Of a stretch of 58,273 nucleotides of DNA, positions 56,762 through 58,273 are shown one piece after another. A model generated the notes under the pieces. That model was not told the origin of the DNA. It saw nothing but the letters and a program-made list of their open reading frames with translations, and did not search any database. The stretch is taken from assembly GCA_013285805.1 (NCBI GenBank), contig JABDGY010000005.1, positions 1 through 58,273 on the forward strand, given 5' to 3'. This DNA comes from Bacteroidota bacterium. Its GTDB lineage: Bacteria; Bacteroidota; Bacteroidia; JABEUT01. A program made the translations under genes and the position numbers. Position 1 is the stretch's first letter. Each line of letters begins with the position of its first letter.

Positions 56762-58273
56762 TTAAAATGCTGCGCTAAGCCCTACATAAAAAGTTCTTGG
56801 GGGGGGCCGGAATTATACCCGGACCAGGGTATTCATCGGTACGCAAATTAAAATATTTAGTGTTGGCAAGGTTGCTTATTCCAAATTTAATATCGTAGTT
56901 CTTAAGCTTTAAAGTAGATGACCAGTCCATTACAGTATAAGCCGGAATAGGTCCGGTAATAGCATTTGTAGAAGGTATTAGCGAATTAGCTGCATCAGCA
57001 AATGATATACTTGTATAGCTATAAATAAGTGTAGTTGATAATATTTTATAGGTGTAATTTATGCCAAGACGCTCAATACTCTGAGGGGCCATTTCTTCAA
57101 AGTTTCCTGCGTATGGCCCTGAAACGTAACGCGAATCATCGTAAGCGTATGAATTGAAAAAACTGAAATCGCCAATTTTTGAATTGTCTGAGAAAATTTT
57201 AAAAACATGTATCTCAACATAAGTTTCTATGCCTTTATGTACAGCATTTCCTACATTAGTACGATACTGATAGGTTGAATCGGTATAAGGGTTAATTCTA
57301 TTTTCCAATCCAATTTCCTGGTTAAATACCATGTAAAAACCATCCACATCAAAATTAAACACTTTGCCTATTTTCCCTCTCCAACCTAAATCGGAATTGA
57401 AACCGTTTACGTCCTGCAAATTAGGGTCAATAACAGTTGTAGTGCCAATAGGTGTCAGATTTTCGTATGTTGTTGGTTCATACGCTTGCACAATGTTGCC
57501 ATATATATTAGTGAAGTCGCTTGTCTTAAATTGCAACGCACAGCCTGTAAGCGGAATAAGCCAGGTTCGGGATACGGAAACATTTACGGGTACTCCTGTG
57601 CTGTCAGGGGTTACATAACCGTTGGCAGTAGAAATAATATATTCGAAACGAAAACCAGGAGTAACCGAAAGCCTACCGAAATGGAAAGTGTTTTCAATAA
57701 AAGGGGCAACGTTCGCTGTAGTAAAGAATAAGCTATTACCAAAAACAGGATTAGGGCCATACAGGGTCAAATCGTACCCGGTACCTGTTGAACCCGGGCC
57801 TTGCTCCTGCCGAACCATATCACCCTGAAAATAACGTGCACCGGTTGCAAGCGTAGAATTAATGCTACCTATATGCCATTGAGTGGTAAAACGCAATTCA
57901 TTGGTAATGCTTAAAAAGCCTTCATGTTCAACCTCGCGGGGAGAGTATGAATTATTAAAAATGGAGTCTGGTGACTCTATTCCACCATCCTCATTTCTCC
58001 ATACTAAGTTCCTGGCGCTGTTATTAATTACAGATTGCTCGCTAAGCATTGTATTATCCGATATTTTATACTTGGCTGTAAATGTAAGCAGGTTCCAGGG
58101 GCTTGAAAGCCAGTTGCGGGAACGAAAAGATTGGTCGGGGTTCTGTTCAAATTCCGCATCATCAAGGCCGCCCGACATGTGAATCATGTTTCTTAACATT
58201 GTGTACTCAAGGCTTAAACTAAGCTTCTTACTTGCATCATATTCTACTTTGGCAAAACCTGTTACCTGCTTCA
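56762..58273 (-). CDS. TonB-dependent receptor (FecA-like), 5'-truncated by window; C-terminal +1 frameshift in a C8 tract
   Basis: Frame is open to the window end; PGFRFE, G.A.H.G.E and N.....YF..R...PGPG. As given it stops at 56775; removing one C gives ...PAPPRTFYVGLSAAF ending at 56762. Confidence 0.85.

Overview
A 58 kb chromosomal window from a Bacteroidota bacterium, judged from TAnnTTTG -7 promoters, four T9SS substrates plus a T9SS plug-type gene, and a Bacteroidota-type aconitase and ProRS. The backbone is housekeeping: aconitase, a Wzx/Wzz/O-antigen ligase cluster, ABC-F, rsmD, serC-serA, uvrB, transaldolase, comF-tatD-iscS, pdhB, GGGP synthase, proS and tRNA-Glu. Two accessory zones stand out. 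The first (27.3-33.4 kb, between serA and uvrB) has two toxin-antitoxin-like pairs, an unannotated 59-aa membrane ORF and a 1,200-aa NHL-repeat T9SS protein. Two of these inserts are bracketed by diverged direct copies of a neighbouring gene's terminus: 34 bp of a lipoprotein 3' end, and about 128 bp of the uvrB promoter and 5' end. No integrase is present. The second zone (41.6-49.1 kb) is a type I restriction-modification island with a REP-associated tyrosine transposase (RAYT) inside the operon and an antisense micro-gene carrying a Fic-antitoxin motif. Three REP families flank it in inverted orientation. Other signals are a secreted 10-Cys mini-protein, a +1 frameshift in a C8 tract that removes the C-terminal Phe of a TonB-dependent receptor, heptamer-periodic inverted intergenic elements, and an AEPxxxY motif shared by three unrelated proteins. 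All product calls come from motif recognition by eye; no database search was run.
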